64,000 nucleotides of DNA from Bugula neritina (taxonomy: Eukaryota > Animalia > Bryozoa): contig OZ037765.1 of the NCBI GenBank assembly GCA_964035545.1, positions 8,008,698 through 8,072,697 on the forward strand, read 5' to 3'. The notes under the pieces were generated by a model that saw only the letters and a program-made list of their open reading frames with translations, was not told the DNA's origin and searched no databases. The position numbers were made by a program, and so were the translations under genes. Positions 1 through 13,792 of this stretch are shown here, one piece after another (position 1 is the stretch's first letter; every line of letters starts with the position of its first letter).

Positions 1-838
1 TTATCTTATAGACTGTCCATAACTCCACTCCATATAGCAGTGTAGATAAAACAAAGGCTTGGTAGACTGCACATTTTGTCTTGGTTGTCAGGTCTCCGTT
101 ATCCCAAACTCTTTCTTGTAGCCTTCCGAAAGTTTGTGACGCTTTTGACATTCTCAATTGGAGTTCTTGATCAAGTTTGTTGTTGTTTGTGATGGTTGAG
201 CCAAGGTATTTGAAGTTCTTGACTGTGTTGAGGATTTCTCCATCTATACTAATTTTTTCTCCCTCATCATGTTCTCCTGGTGGTGGTTGACACATCGTCT
301 CTGTTTTGGTTATATTTATCTTTAGTCCAAAGTCTTTGGCAGATTTTGCCTAACGGGTGATGATTTCTTGAGCCTGCTGATGGTAGTGGGCAACAAAGGC
401 AGTGTCGTCAGCAAACATGAGTTCTCTGATGAGTACCTTTCTTGTTCTGGTGGAAAATTTGAACTTGATTGACATTGAACAAGTCAGCGCCAGGTCTTAA
501 TTGAATTCATACACCCTTATCATAGCCATCAAAAGCATGGTTCATAACCATAGTGAGATAGATAGAGAACAGAGTCGGAGCCGGAACGCAGCCTTGTTTT
601 ACACCGTTTGTGATCTTGAATGGTGCTGAGAGATCTTCTTTCAGGTTGACAGAGGCTTTCATTCCCGTATGTAGGGCTGCAATCAGGTTAGTGAACTGGT
701 CTGGGCAGCCAAGCTTTCTTAGAACCATCCACAATGTCGATCGGTTTACTGTGTCGAATGCCTTGGTGAAATCAACAAAGATCATGTATAGAGGCATATT
801 CTGTTCTATGCATTTTTCCTGAATCTGTCTTAGTGAGA
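1..838 (-). mobile_element. RTE-clade non-LTR retrotransposon (LINE) remnant, reverse transcriptase region, 5'-truncated and disrupted
   Basis: ORF 507..875 gives FSLRQIQEKCIEQNMPLYMIFVDFTKAFDTVNR and GVKQGCVPAPTLF. Further along the minus strand are RELMFADDTAFVAH (~390-430) and FKYLGS (~198-215). The wording is typical of RTE/BovB-like RT. There is a stop at 507-509, and the element continues past the window edge. Confidence 0.9.
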
Positions 839-1382
839 ATAGAATTTTAATACTAATAGTAATACTCATAAACAATAGACAAACTATTAGTATTACTATT
901 AGTTATTACTGTAAAGTGATTACTCATAAGTGGTACTAAACTGGTCACTGGGAAAATAAATTTAAAACTACAGCCTTCATATACTCCGACACAGTATATG
1001 GACCCTTACACCACTTTCACTTTGAGCTATATTATAACTAAAACGAGGTGACATTAGCTATTAGTAATACTGATTTGAATAGATGTACCTCTGCTCGCCT
1101 TTGCTGGATCCTGTGCCTACATACTCTTTTTTACGTGTTTAGTAATAATATTCACTTTCTTAGTAATCAATACTCGCCGGATCTTTTGCATTATTAATAT
1201 TTTAGAAAGCTGAAAATTGAAGAGCACAAAGTGCTATTAACTTCTTCATATTGAACCTATTTTTTAACAATTTATGAAAAAATTTGCTCTAGTCTGATTA
1301 TTTTATGTACAGGTAAAGTTTTTACAATTAAAACGGTACAGCTGTTGAAGAAAGAGTCTTATATTTTTGTCAGATTCAAAGA

Positions 1383-4300
1383 ATGCCAAAATTCAAGTAT
1401 GCAAATAATTTGCGGAGAAACAGAGGTGGTCCTTATAAGACCAAACCAGTGACTGAATTAAGAAGATGGCGTCTCCGTAATGTTGGTGGCAGGCAGACTT
1501 GGCATTATTTAGAATCTAATGAAGAATGCGAAGCATGGCCTCAGACTTTACTTGACAAACATTCATTGGGTTTATCAACAGTTAGTAATTTATTTTATGT
1601 AAAAAATTTAAAACATACATTTTGAAGTTCAAACATTATTTTTTATGTCTCATGAATAGTAAACATCATATTATTTTAATATTGCTGTCAGGATGATTTA
1701 GCACCATCCCTACCTCCTGCCACATCTGCCAAAGCATCCTCATATAATGCTCTCAAGTTTTATGCTGCTTTACAAGCTGAAGATGGTCATTGGGCTGGAG
1801 ATTATGGTGGTCCTCTATTTCTCATGCCTGGTAATACATTTCTTAGCTATTTATTTTTGCCCAGAAACTTGTTAGTACTGAAATACTGCAAATTTATGTG
1901 TTCTCGGGATTAGCATGAAAATATTTATTAAACTTTGTATTGATATTGTATTAAAAATGTGTTAAAATATTCAAATTAATGTTAATATGATTATATTTGT
2001 TTTTATGTACCGGTATATAAAATTTTTAGAACAATTGATATCCTCAATGACTGTTGATTTTACAGGGCTTGTTATAGTAAATTATATCACTGGTACTCCT
2101 TTCTCTGAACCACAGCGGCTAGAGATGATACGGTACTTGCGGTCTGTGCAATGCCCAGATGGTGGCTGGGGCCTGTAAGTAAAATCTTAGTATTTTGCTG
2201 TAAATATTGTATTTCTTGAAATTGTGAGAAAAACTTTAGTGCCAAACTAATCAGTTCTGTGTGAACGTTCTTTTGAATTTGCATGTTGAAAAATTGCGTG
2301 AATTTATTCAGTATTGTTATCTGAAATGTACAAAAATTCAGGCACATCGAAGGCCCGCCTACTGTGTTTGGTTGTGCTCTAAATTATACAACAATGAGGT
2401 TGTTGGGTGTAGAAGCAAATGATCCAGATCTCGTGAAAGCAAGGAAACTTCTTCATAGTTTTGGTAATATTTTGTTCCAAATTTTACATATTTCATTTGC
2501 TATTTAATGAAAACTATTTTAACAAAGCTAATTGGTAATTTTATTACAATACAGGTGGTGCTACTGGTATCCCTTCTTGGGGCAAATTCTGGTTATCAGT
2601 TCTGAATGTGTATTCTTGGGAGGGAATGAACAGCTTATTTCCAGAGATGTGGTGAGTTGCTCTTATTTTAATTTCACTGGAACTTGCATAATTTCTAAAT
2701 ATTTGTTTAGTAGGAAAAGTCTGTAATTTATAGGAATGCAATCTTTCTACAGGCTAGCTTCAAGCTGTTTGCTGTTTCTTCTCATAGTGATTAATTTGTT
2801 GAAGCTTAGAAAAGTTGGTGTGTTTTTTCAGGTATTTGCCCAGCTGCATACCCATGCACCCATCTAAGTTGTGGTGCCACTGTAGACAGGTATACCTACC
2901 TATGGCCTATTGTTATGGGACTAGACTTTCCGCTGAAGTCACTCCTCTCATATCTGCTTTGCGCAAGGTGCCTATTATCTTTTTAAAATAATTCTACTTG
3001 TTTTCACTACAAGATTGACAAAATAGCATTCTATTTAGGTTTTACTTTATTTTTATGTTCCAAGTGTGTCTGTTTGTGCTCAGTAACATTGTTGTTTTAT
3101 TTATCATATGTGATCAATTCTGTAAAACTTAGCCAAACCCTGATCTACTGTAGCTGATACTAGATGAACAAAATATGATGCTATTCAAGTGTTTATTTTT
3201 TATTTCAAGTTGGCGCATTTGCACTTCCTAAAATCGTTGTTTTATTCATCACATGATTGTGCAGAAATAAGTATAACCCTGATTTATTGTAGGAGTTATA
3301 CGTCGAAGATTATGATTCAATAAATTGGCCGTCTCACAGAAATAATGTTTCTTGGGCAGATCTCTATTCTCCACATTCATGGCTCTTAGATTTTGGGTAT
3401 TGTACGTCAGACATGTTTTCATAACACATATATTCCAGTATTCTAATACATACTGTTAATTTGGTTGTTGACTAGTTAACTTATCTTGATTTTATGCTAA
3501 AACTTCTCATATCTCACTGCAATTGGAGTGGCATATCATTGAATTGAAAGTTTATTTGAAGTAAACTGTACATATATACTCACCATATATATAATGTTTT
3601 TAGGAACTCATTTCTTGTGTCATAGAACTTTGCTCTTTGCTTTTAGGTGTTTTAAATACATATGAAAAATATCACAGTAAATGGCTGAGACAGAAAGCCT
3701 TAGACAAGTGCTACGAACATATTTGTGCTGATGATCAGTTTACTGAATGTATCAGTATTGGACCGGTAAGTTGTGATTGTAACTTGTGATATTTTTTGAC
3801 TATACAATGCTTTTGAAGAAATATTTTTAGTTCTTATTTTGAATAAAACTAATTATTACAAATTTTAGATTTCTAAAACTATCAACATGCTGATTCGATG
3901 GAAAGTTGATGGCCCAAACAACAAATACTTCAAATTACACCAGGATCGAGTTTTAGATTATCTTTGGTAAGTAAACAAGAATCATTATTAAAAATCGTTC
4001 AATCATTGTTGTGTAATGTTGGCTTCAAGTTTACTGATTTTTATTTTGGTTTTAGGATTGGGCTAGATGGGATGAAAATGACTGTAAGTATAACTTTATT
4101 AAATTATTTTATAGAAAATGATGTTTAGCTCCTGGGTTTTTAGGCTTGTTTTATGTGTATATGTTGATAACTTTATAGTTTTATTCATCAGTTTCACTTA
4201 GTAACAAGTTTAACTTTTCCTTAGGGCACAAATGGCTCTCAACTGTGGGACACGTCATTTGCTGTCAATGCCATAATGGACACCGAAGTCTGGAATTTAC

Positions 4301-7300
4301 CAGAATTTGAAGGTTGCCTCAAAAAAGCCCATGATTTCTTAAAGTTCACTCAAATTCCTGAAAATCCAGCTGGCTATGAAAAATACTACAGACAGATGAA
4401 CAAGGTTGGTGCTATCTGATTAATCTGAAATGATTTGCTTATCCACTCTGGCTATCATAGTTTTAGCATTCCTGTTTATTCCAGCAGATTTCCTGAATGT
4501 CATTGTGGCTTAAAATCACTTGCATATCTTTTTAAATGTTTATCTAGTTGGCGCTATTGCACTGTATGTTTACCTTTTTAAACAGGCAATCAAATATTGA
4601 TTGTAGAATATTATGATTTAATGCCAAATAATGGTATTATTCCGGAAAGGAACATTTTTAAAGTTCAACTGGTCATATATATCTAATGTGACTATTTGCA
4701 ATGTACAGGGAGGCTTTCCATTCAGTACTAGAGATTGTGGATGGATCGTCAGTGATTGCACAGCTGAAGGATTGAAAGCAGTCATGTATCTACAAGAGAA
4801 AATGGGAGGCCAGTTTGCAGAAACTGTATCTGATCGTAAATTGGAACAAGCTGTGGATGTGGTGTGTACATTTGCCATACCCTTGCATCATGTGTCTATT
4901 GGTGAAAGCAAACTATCTTTAGGTATATAAATATTTTATCTACTTTGTTTTCTTTTTTCTGGCAGTTGTTGAGTATGGTGAACAGTGATGGGGGGTTTGC
5001 TACGTATGAGACTAAGCGAGGTGGTATTATGCTGGAACTTCTGAACCCTTCTGAAGTGTTCGGTTAGTATGTTATCATGTAGAATAATATAATAAGCTAA
5101 TTAAGACTTAGTTTTTAAGTTTAAAAAGTCCAATTTAAAGTTTTGTTTACAAACTTGTGACAATAGGAAGTTTTACTTGGGTAAAAAGGTTATTAGTTTT
5201 GAGAAAAATTAATTTCATACTAGCAAAAAGTTTTCTAGCTGTAGAAGCTTTTTTCTCAAACAGGTTTACTTAGGTTATTCATTTGACTTTCAGGTGATAT
5301 AATGATAGATTACACGTATGTGGAATGCACATCAGCAGTAATGCAAGCTCTGAAGCATTTCACTGACAGCAAACCACATTACCGGCAGCAAGAGATCAGG
5401 TGACAATTTCAACTGCTTTCTTTTTTTTATATTTTGCAAGTTGTCGTGTAAATTTGTTTAAAAATATATTTACTATATATATTGTTCGTCTGAGCATCTG
5501 TATATGCAGTAGCTCATATTAAATTCTAAGCTTGAAACATTTTATAAAAGAAAAAAACTTTGTTGAAGTAATTTTTCTAATCCCAACCAACCATTATAAT
5601 GAAATTTTTTACAAAAATCAACAACTCATTATGTATTGTACATTGTGACATATTTATATTTTCGTGTCAAATAAACAGTTTCTGTTAGACGTTTCAAAAT
5701 AGTAGATTTTTTCTAATAAGCTGCAATAAATTTTTAATTAATGTGGTCTTTCAGTTCTCACCCTATATGCTTGATTCTTATTATTTGTTCTGCGAAATTA
5801 TGTAAATCTATTATATTAGAACAAACTTAGGGTGAGTTCTTAAAATTAAAAAGCTGTGTGAGAAATCTTATCACTAAATATTAACCTCTACAAGTGAGTT
5901 TTGTTTTATTATGGTCTACTTATTAGCCACAGAAACATTAGCTGGTCAGCAAATGGAGGGAGTAGAATTTGTTGCAGTTATTAGCTGATGAGCAGATTAG
6001 TCTAACAGTTTTTTTTAAAGCATATGCTTTAAACATTATGACACTGACTGGCTGATTAATAAAAGCTTGAAGGCATATCTGTGGATTATGTAGTGCATTA
6101 GTAGATCATTTTTTAGGAAAAAATGAAACACTAGACATTGCTGCCTCTAAAATATGGTGAATTTTCCTACTATTTATAGTGTTGAATTGTACACCTACTT
6201 ATATATGAAACACATGGGTGTTAGATACAAGTTTTTCTAACCTTATTTGTTTTTATTTGTTGCAGTGTGTCTAGTTTTGGGGCCATATCTTATATTAGTG
6301 AACCTTGACAATGACATGTAAAGATGCCAGTTACAATTTAATTTTAAATTTGTTAGCAAAGTGCTGGTGAATGGTTTACAATATATAAAGCAGAAGCAAC
6401 TACCAGATGGATCATTTGTTGGCAGCTGGGGAGTTTGCTTTACTTATGCTGCTTGGTTTGCTCTAGAGGCATTCAACTGCATGGGACAATCTTATGTTTC
6501 TGGGTAAGTTTTTACGGTTAGTCTAGTAGGCATGTGCTGAGAATGGAAAGGGCTTGTTGGGTATTTAGTTTTTTTTACAAATTTCAAGTTCAGTATTGTG
6601 CATATTATTCTTGAACGTTGATATAAAAAGCATATTTTACTATATTTGTTTTAAAAAAATGCAAAATATAAATCCATTCTGAATTGAGTTCTATGTTTAG
6701 TCTACAATTAGGTGATGACTTTTGTTAGAAATTTGACTCCTGAAGTAAAGTTGGCATGTGAATTTATCGTATCCAAACAAATGGAGGACGGTGGATGGGG
6801 AGAAAAGTTTGAGTCTTGCGAACAGAGTAAATACATACAGTCAGAGACATCACAAATTCACAACACCTGCTGGGCATTGCTTGGCCTCATGGCTGTGAGG
6901 TAATCAATTCTTTCATTGATATGAGATGACTTATATAATTGAGTAGACTGCATGACATTATGATACAGAAAATAGGATGCCACGGAGAAGCTGCTAAAAT
7001 GGCAACCCTCACTAATTCATCCTATAAGATATGTATGAACTCAAATTATGTTAGCTATTTGTAAAAATTGTCTCTGCAATAAATTGTTCTAACTGCAGCT
7101 GAACGTACTCATCATTTGTATAGGTCCTATGACCTATACTATAGGTCATTGAATCTCTTGTTTAGTGAACTGGCTCTCAAGCCTTCATTTTTGAAGGGTT
7201 GGTCAGATAGGATAGTGGATAATGGCTCACTCCACATACAAGTTGTACTTTAAGGTTTCAACCTCTATAATTAGCAACATGTTATCTCCTATATTTTCCA

Positions 7301-7661
7301 AGAAAAAAAAAGGGAGACAAGTGCGTTTTGAAGCAAGATGCTGCATTCTGTATGCAAATGCATTAAACCATATAAAAACCAAAGTTATTGGTTATTTTCA
7401 AATATTAGTTATATACTGGGACAGTTCTGTTAGTGTTACCTGTAATGTTTTTGTAGATATCCTGATGTCCAAGTTATTGAAAAGGGTATCCGGCTGATTA
7501 TGTCTCGTCAGCTAAACAACGGAGACTTTCCTCAAGAAATGATAAGTGGAGTATTTAATAAATCATGTGCTATCAGCTATACATCTTATAGAAATGTATT
7601 TCCTATATGGACTTTAGGACGGTTTACTAGACTATATGCAGACAGTCCTCTGGCTAAATGA
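1383..7661 (+). CDS. LSS: Lanosterol synthase (oxidosqualene cyclase), multi-exon
   Basis: N-terminus [13 protein letters not shown]; [17 protein letters not shown]; QW motifs ([27 protein letters not shown]); GTNGSQLWD (exon from 4225); catalytic [15 protein letters not shown] (~4724-4768); last exon [26 protein letters not shown], stop TGA 7659-7661. GT-AG introns join in frame where traced. Confidence 0.96.
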
Positions 7662-8355
7662 AGTTGCCTTATTAATGTTCTAGCCATGAAAAAGATTGCC
7701 TTGTCAACTTGTTAATGATAATTTTATATTATGGTGATACTATTTATTTATAACAGTACATTTATGATTGATTGCATCAAATTGGCTAGAGATTATATTA
7801 TCTACTAGGCACCTGTCATCTTGAGTGCTATTGAGACATTTTTAATCATCTTGATTTTAAAACATCATTTTATAATGTTAATATAAATATTATTTCTAAA
7901 ATAAATTGTGTGATAATGTTGCCATCCTTAACATACAAGAAAAATTATTAATTTTTAAAACCAAGTTTGCATATGAAAGTTGCACATGTTGTTAATCTGA
8001 ATACTAAATAGTGTGACCACGTATGTTTAAAATAGAGAAAAAACAGCATTCATGAGCAAAAATGGCTTACAGACGCTGAACCAAAACATGTAAAAATAAT
8101 AAAATTGAGTGTGAAAGCATCATTTAAAATAAGACAACCTGGTTTAGAGGAGTCAAAATCCAACCAGCACCAACTAAGTAGCAATAAATTAAGTCAATGA
8201 GCAGCATATAATAATTTTTAAAATCTTTTCATTTTTATAGAACACATCTGTTGAGTGCCTCATGAGTTTTTGTAAAATTTATGTCTAAGTATGAATTATT
8301 TTCACACCCATTTAAACACGACAACTTCTAGCAACTCTACAATTATATAATTACT

Positions 8356-11300
8356 TCATTTGACAATATGTATGAATTGTGTTATAATTACACACATTCT
8401 TTTGCAAACATTTTCAGTTTTACTACAATAGTATAGCAACAGCTCCAGTGTCAGCTCCATACCCTCGCAGCTCTTTACATCGGCTGGCGATAGTTCTGTG
8501 CACACATTTACTGTTGACAATTTGTCTTTACATGGTTGGACTACTTTTGTTGAACTTTTTACAGTTGTCTGGTTTTCTGCAAAAAACATCAGGTAAATAA
8601 AGCTGACACCAGCTAAAGTCATGGCAGTTGTGCCTCAACAGGTAGAGATATCTTATGCAGCTAAGTTCAAACTTCACCGAGACCATTAGAGATGCTCAAA
8701 AAAGCATTTGGTCAAACTGATGCTACTTCCCAAACCTGTGATAGCCACATTGTCAGCATAGACACAGTTCATAGTCCAACTAAAGATTAGTTAGTTACTA
8801 AACAGACTCAACTATCATTGTATCACTAATGAAAAGTAAATTTTCAAGATTAAAACATTAAGTAAAGAAATACAATGTATTCAACTATACCTGTACTTCT
8901 GAAAGTGACTCTGTACTGACTTTCAGCTTCTTCAGTAAGATAGGAGTCCTCAGGGAGATTATAACTGATCGTAATTACTTCTTTATCATGCGAGGATACT
9001 TGTAGTGAATCATAGGTTACTCTAATTACTGACTTCTTAGAATGGTCAAAGAGGTCTCTTCTTGGGGAATCCATGTCATCAGTGGTGGTTAAATTCAACT
9101 GATAATAACATAAATCACATCAAGTGGTCAGACAACAACTAAATCATCACGAATAACGTGTCGACTACTTTTAAACACATTTAATAATTTGCAAATATAA
9201 TTGGGAACTTAATTGCTTCATTTATATAATATAGAGTGGCACTTTTAGTTTATAATATTTCAAGTAATTTACCTCTTCAACATTCAATTCACTCCGGATT
9301 GTGAGGTCTGAAGGCAACACCAATGTCTTAATGCAGTGGTTGTTTGTATCAGCTATATACAATGTTCTAGAATGAGGGTGGTACGAGACACCACCCGGTT
9401 CAGATAGTCCTTGTACTGGAAGAGTGGTTACTATTCTGGTCTTAGTGTTCATTAACTTCAACTAACAAGAAAAAAATTTTGCTATAGAAGAAAAATAGGT
9501 TTAAAATGATTGAACCTGAAAGGTCTAAACTTTATGCATTATTTAATATTTATCAAACACTACTACTACTTATTTTGAGTTTCGAAGCAAGTAATTATGA
9601 ATAAAAAGTGATTGTGCAGCACTTTGCTAAAGAAGCTTTGCAGGTGGGAATATTTGAAATCTCAAGGTTGAAAAGTCAATTTAGTGATTTCTTTTTCGTT
9701 GCCAATTAGTTTGCATAGTTATTTTACTAAATGACAAGTCCCTAGTTTTTGGTCAAGTACCTTGTGATTGTAAGAGTCACATATTATGATATGATCACTG
9801 TCTGGTATATGGCACACACCCAGAGGGTGCTGCAACTTTGCCTCTATTCCTTTGCCATCAACATCTCCATAGGCAAACAGATTCTAAAATATATGTTTTA
9901 CCAGTTCAGAAACTAAATTTAGTTTCGACAAAATAAATAAATTTTAATAAAAGTTACCACAAATCAATAAAAAACGTGATAATAACATACTACACTCACC
10001 ATTGGATCTCTCTCGCCACCTGCTAATCCTTTGACTTGTCCGTCTCTTAGACTGAGTTGCCTGACGGTAGAGCTTTCACTATCAGCTATATAGCACATGT
10101 TACTAGGTGAGTTGAGAGTTAGACCGGAAGGCTGAGCTAGTGCAGCTTTATGTGGATATGAGTTATTTCTGTTCTCTTCATTTCCGCTACCAACTATAGC
10201 CACACAAGTACCCGCTTCATACGTCCTATTCAAAATACAGCGAACATCAGAGGTACTAATGTTCTACCCGAATTGCTAGAATTGAACATTCTTAAGAATC
10301 ATGGTAATACATGACAGTGCAACATACCTATTTTTCCACCAAACAACTGATTTGAGGAAATAAGCCCATATCTGATGACTACCGGCCATAGCTATGAGCA
10401 AGGTATCAGCTTCACTTGTAGAATTAGCAGCTAAAATATAACCCGGACATCATGAATATCATCCGTGTAAACTAAACCCATTTGAAATTGGCTGAGTTGA
10501 CCATCTAAGGTCTTTACTGGAACTAGCATATTTTATTTTGTATTTGGTGATTTCAGGCTATGAAAGGGTGCATGGCAGACACTTACATTCATAGTTGCTT
10601 TATAGGGTTTGCTGATGAAAAATGATGCAGTCACATGTACAGAATGTAAAATACTTATTACCAGAATATTGAAGAGAATACTTTGTGTTTATAAAGAAGT
10701 TGCCAGTTACAAAATAAAAGAAGTATACTATATAAATATTTCTTAATATAAAAATATTTCCAAAAATTATAAATTTTAATATGAATGTAGACCAACCACA
10801 GAATATTAAGTACCTTTTGAAAGTTGTGCACTACTATATGGGATAATATCCCATGGTGTTGATAGAGCTTGCTCACAGCCGATCTTACCACCAATGACAT
10901 CTTGTCCTTGATAGCCTGTGCCAGCAAGAGTTGCTACAACTTCTTTCTTGAGGTCTATCTAAATACATTTGAGTAGAGCATATTGATTCTCACATAGGAA
11001 ATACATCTTATTTATCAAACTTTTTAAACAAAATATATTTCATAATAGCCTAAAGCTAGTTTTTATATAATGTTTATTGAAATTGTTGGACTAATTATAA
11101 TTGCAAAAAGTTCCAAAAACTAGCCAACATTACCGTTTCCTCTCCGTATCTCACTAAGCTATGGGTCCCAAAACCTCAATTTGTTACATAGTAGAATACC
11201 AGATTTAACTCACACATCTGCTAAATTCGGCCAGTTTGTCCCTGCCTACACACATAATATACATAAGCCACAAAATGGGGGTTCAAGCCCGTCTCGTGAC

Positions 11301-13488
11301 CTATGGAACTTCGTGACAAAGGGAACAGTGAGATACATAGGGAGCACTGTAATTATTTTTTAAGAAAGACAGACTATCCTGCTAACTAAACTAAATTTCA
11401 AAAATGCTAAGATTTGTAAACCCTGTATGATTTGTATAGTTGACAACTCACTGTTCGAATGTGGTGGGAATGAGAATCAGCAACGTAAATGACATCTCCG
11501 ATTTGACATAAACCTTGAGGAGAGGCAAATGAGCAATCTGTGAACGAGCCATCTTTGCATCCCTCTGATCCGCACCCAACCACTTTCTGTACAAGCAACA
11601 CCAAAAAATTAATATAGTATAAACTATCCCTGCGACACTAGGTCAAAACATTTGAGTAAATTTCACAACCCAGACTAAACATAAACCCGGACTTATACCT
11701 GTATATTGCCATTTAAGGAGCAAATAACTACTCGGTGATTTCCAGTGTCGGAGATAATCAACAACTCGTCATTTACACAGACTTTAGATGGATACACGAG
11801 AAAAGAACTTTTAAAATTCTCCCCAACTGTAATAGAAAGTTTATTATTCTTTTCCACACTGTCACTGTACACATTCAAGGTGCTGGAGATAAAATCTATC
11901 ATTTCTTCTTTATGCTCTTCACCTAAAACATAATAGAACAATATTAACACTGACTATAACCTATGCAGATTGGGTTGGAAAATTTTTAAAAAATCTACAT
12001 CGGATGATGCAATTTACATAGACAGGCTATAGTTGTATTTCTACTTTTTACATCATATACACCACAATGCCAACTTTCAACATAAAATAGCGAATAATGA
12101 TATCGCTTTCAGAAACTTTATACAATCTTCAAAACTATAACTACAACCAAGAACTAAAATAAAAAAATAAGAGTCATAAAAATATGCAATAAGATATAAT
12201 GACTCCATTTGTTTAAAATAACTTTTATAGGATTTGTCTCCTCTTGAGCACGAATCCGAGCAGCCAACAACTTACTGTTGGAAATAATTTTTTGAGTATA
12301 ACAGATTTAAAAAGTGTTTTAGTTTAAACCAAAGTGGTTAAGCTAGTTTAAAAGTTGCAAGCTTTACATAATGAAAATAGTATGTATCAGCCTCTAATAA
12401 AGCACTCTATTAAATAATACTATCACTGATACATGTACTCTGCTAGGTTGAAAAGTTCTGCCGTCATTGTTGGAGCCTGCCTATTTTAAATTCAATTTGA
12501 TCATAAAGAAAGAGTTTCCATACCAACAAATTGAGCCAGAAGTTGCCCTGTTGGACTGATAATAACTACAGTAGGCCAGCACTGTATGCCCAGTTCTCTC
12601 CACATAACAGCTTCACTATCATTAACAACAGGATGCGTGATTCCATATTTACACACAGCATTTTCAATGTTACTATTTAGTCTTTCATTGGGAAATTTAG
12701 CACTGTGAACACCAATAACAACCACACCATCTTCTACTGAGAACTTTTGCTCTATCTCATGAAGGTCAGGGATTATATGCAAACAATTCACACAGCAGTA
12801 TGTCCAAAAGTCTAGTACTATGACTTTTCCTCTCAAGTTACCAGATATGCTCAATGGTTCACTGGTGTTAATCCAGTGAAGTCCTACAAAAAAAGTTACA
12901 AAAATAATTAATGTTTTTAGCTATGATTACTCAAACAAACACATATAATATTTGCCACATGTCTTAGCTTTGTATAATAACACAAACTTTATTGAAAAGA
13001 GACAACTATCGCTAGGTAACTTATTTAAAATACACAAGCCATGATTCTATACAACACTATATTGAATAAAAGTTCTTTATAAAACTCTACAGAGAATTGC
13101 CATACCAGAATTTTTTAACTTTTATATATTCTGACTGCTCAGTATCCTAATATTTAAATGAGGTAAAACAAAGCAAAAATTTGGCAGCAGTTCATCTATT
13201 TTATTTAGCTATCACCTATTTTAAACAGTGATTGGATACAAAAAAAACAAATAAAAAAAACCCGTTTCACTATCACAAAATAAAGACAAACTTTACAGGA
13301 GAGTGCTAAAAAAACTGTTGAGTAAGTTTAGTACAGGAACCTGTAGGAAAATTGGGAGAAGGGCAAGTGGTTACTTTTTCTGCTATAATCTTGTGCAGGA
13401 ACTGAGAGTATAAAGACAAGCGAGTATTGCCATTATCGATGTTGAGACTCGATTGTAGTTGCTGTGAAAGAAGTTGAAGTGTATCCAT
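8356..13488 (-). CDS. NHLRC2: NHL repeat-containing protein 2 (thioredoxin-like domain + NHL beta-propeller)
   Basis: [20 protein letters not shown]...VIGVHSAKF (12501-12854); NHL repeats [66 protein letters not shown] at 13486-13488; last exon ends ...TQFIHIVK* at 8356. Confidence 0.93.
11133..11349. mobile_element. Tc1/mariner-pogo-type MITE (~217 bp) in an NHLRC2 intron
   Basis: TA on both sides (11131-32, 11350-51). Imperfect 23-bp TIRs: CCGTTTCCTCTCCGTATCTCACT versus reverse complement of the right end CAGTGCTCCCTATGTATCTCACT. No coding capacity. Confidence 0.6.
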
Positions 13489-13792
13489 CACTGCCTAACT
13501 GAATTCAAAGAAAGAGCATGAGTCAACAGTATTTACCAGCTATATTATAAATTAGCAGCCACATGGTAACATATATGCAACACATTTTATTTCACTTAGA
13601 TACATGCTTTATGTAACCATATATTGATTGATAAAATGCTACTCAGCAAACTTTTATCTTCAACATTCAACACTTATAACCAAAATAAATTTTTGGGAAA
13701 GTCTAACTTGTCGACAAAATTTTCCATTCATGTTTCATGGAATTCAGCAATAAATGTTGTTAACTTATTTTTAAGTTTTCAATTTGTTTGAA

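Noticed and set aside
1040-1055. SRE-like GTCACCTCGT upstream of LSS
   Set aside because: It is a short imperfect match, expected by chance, and cannot be supported without conservation data.
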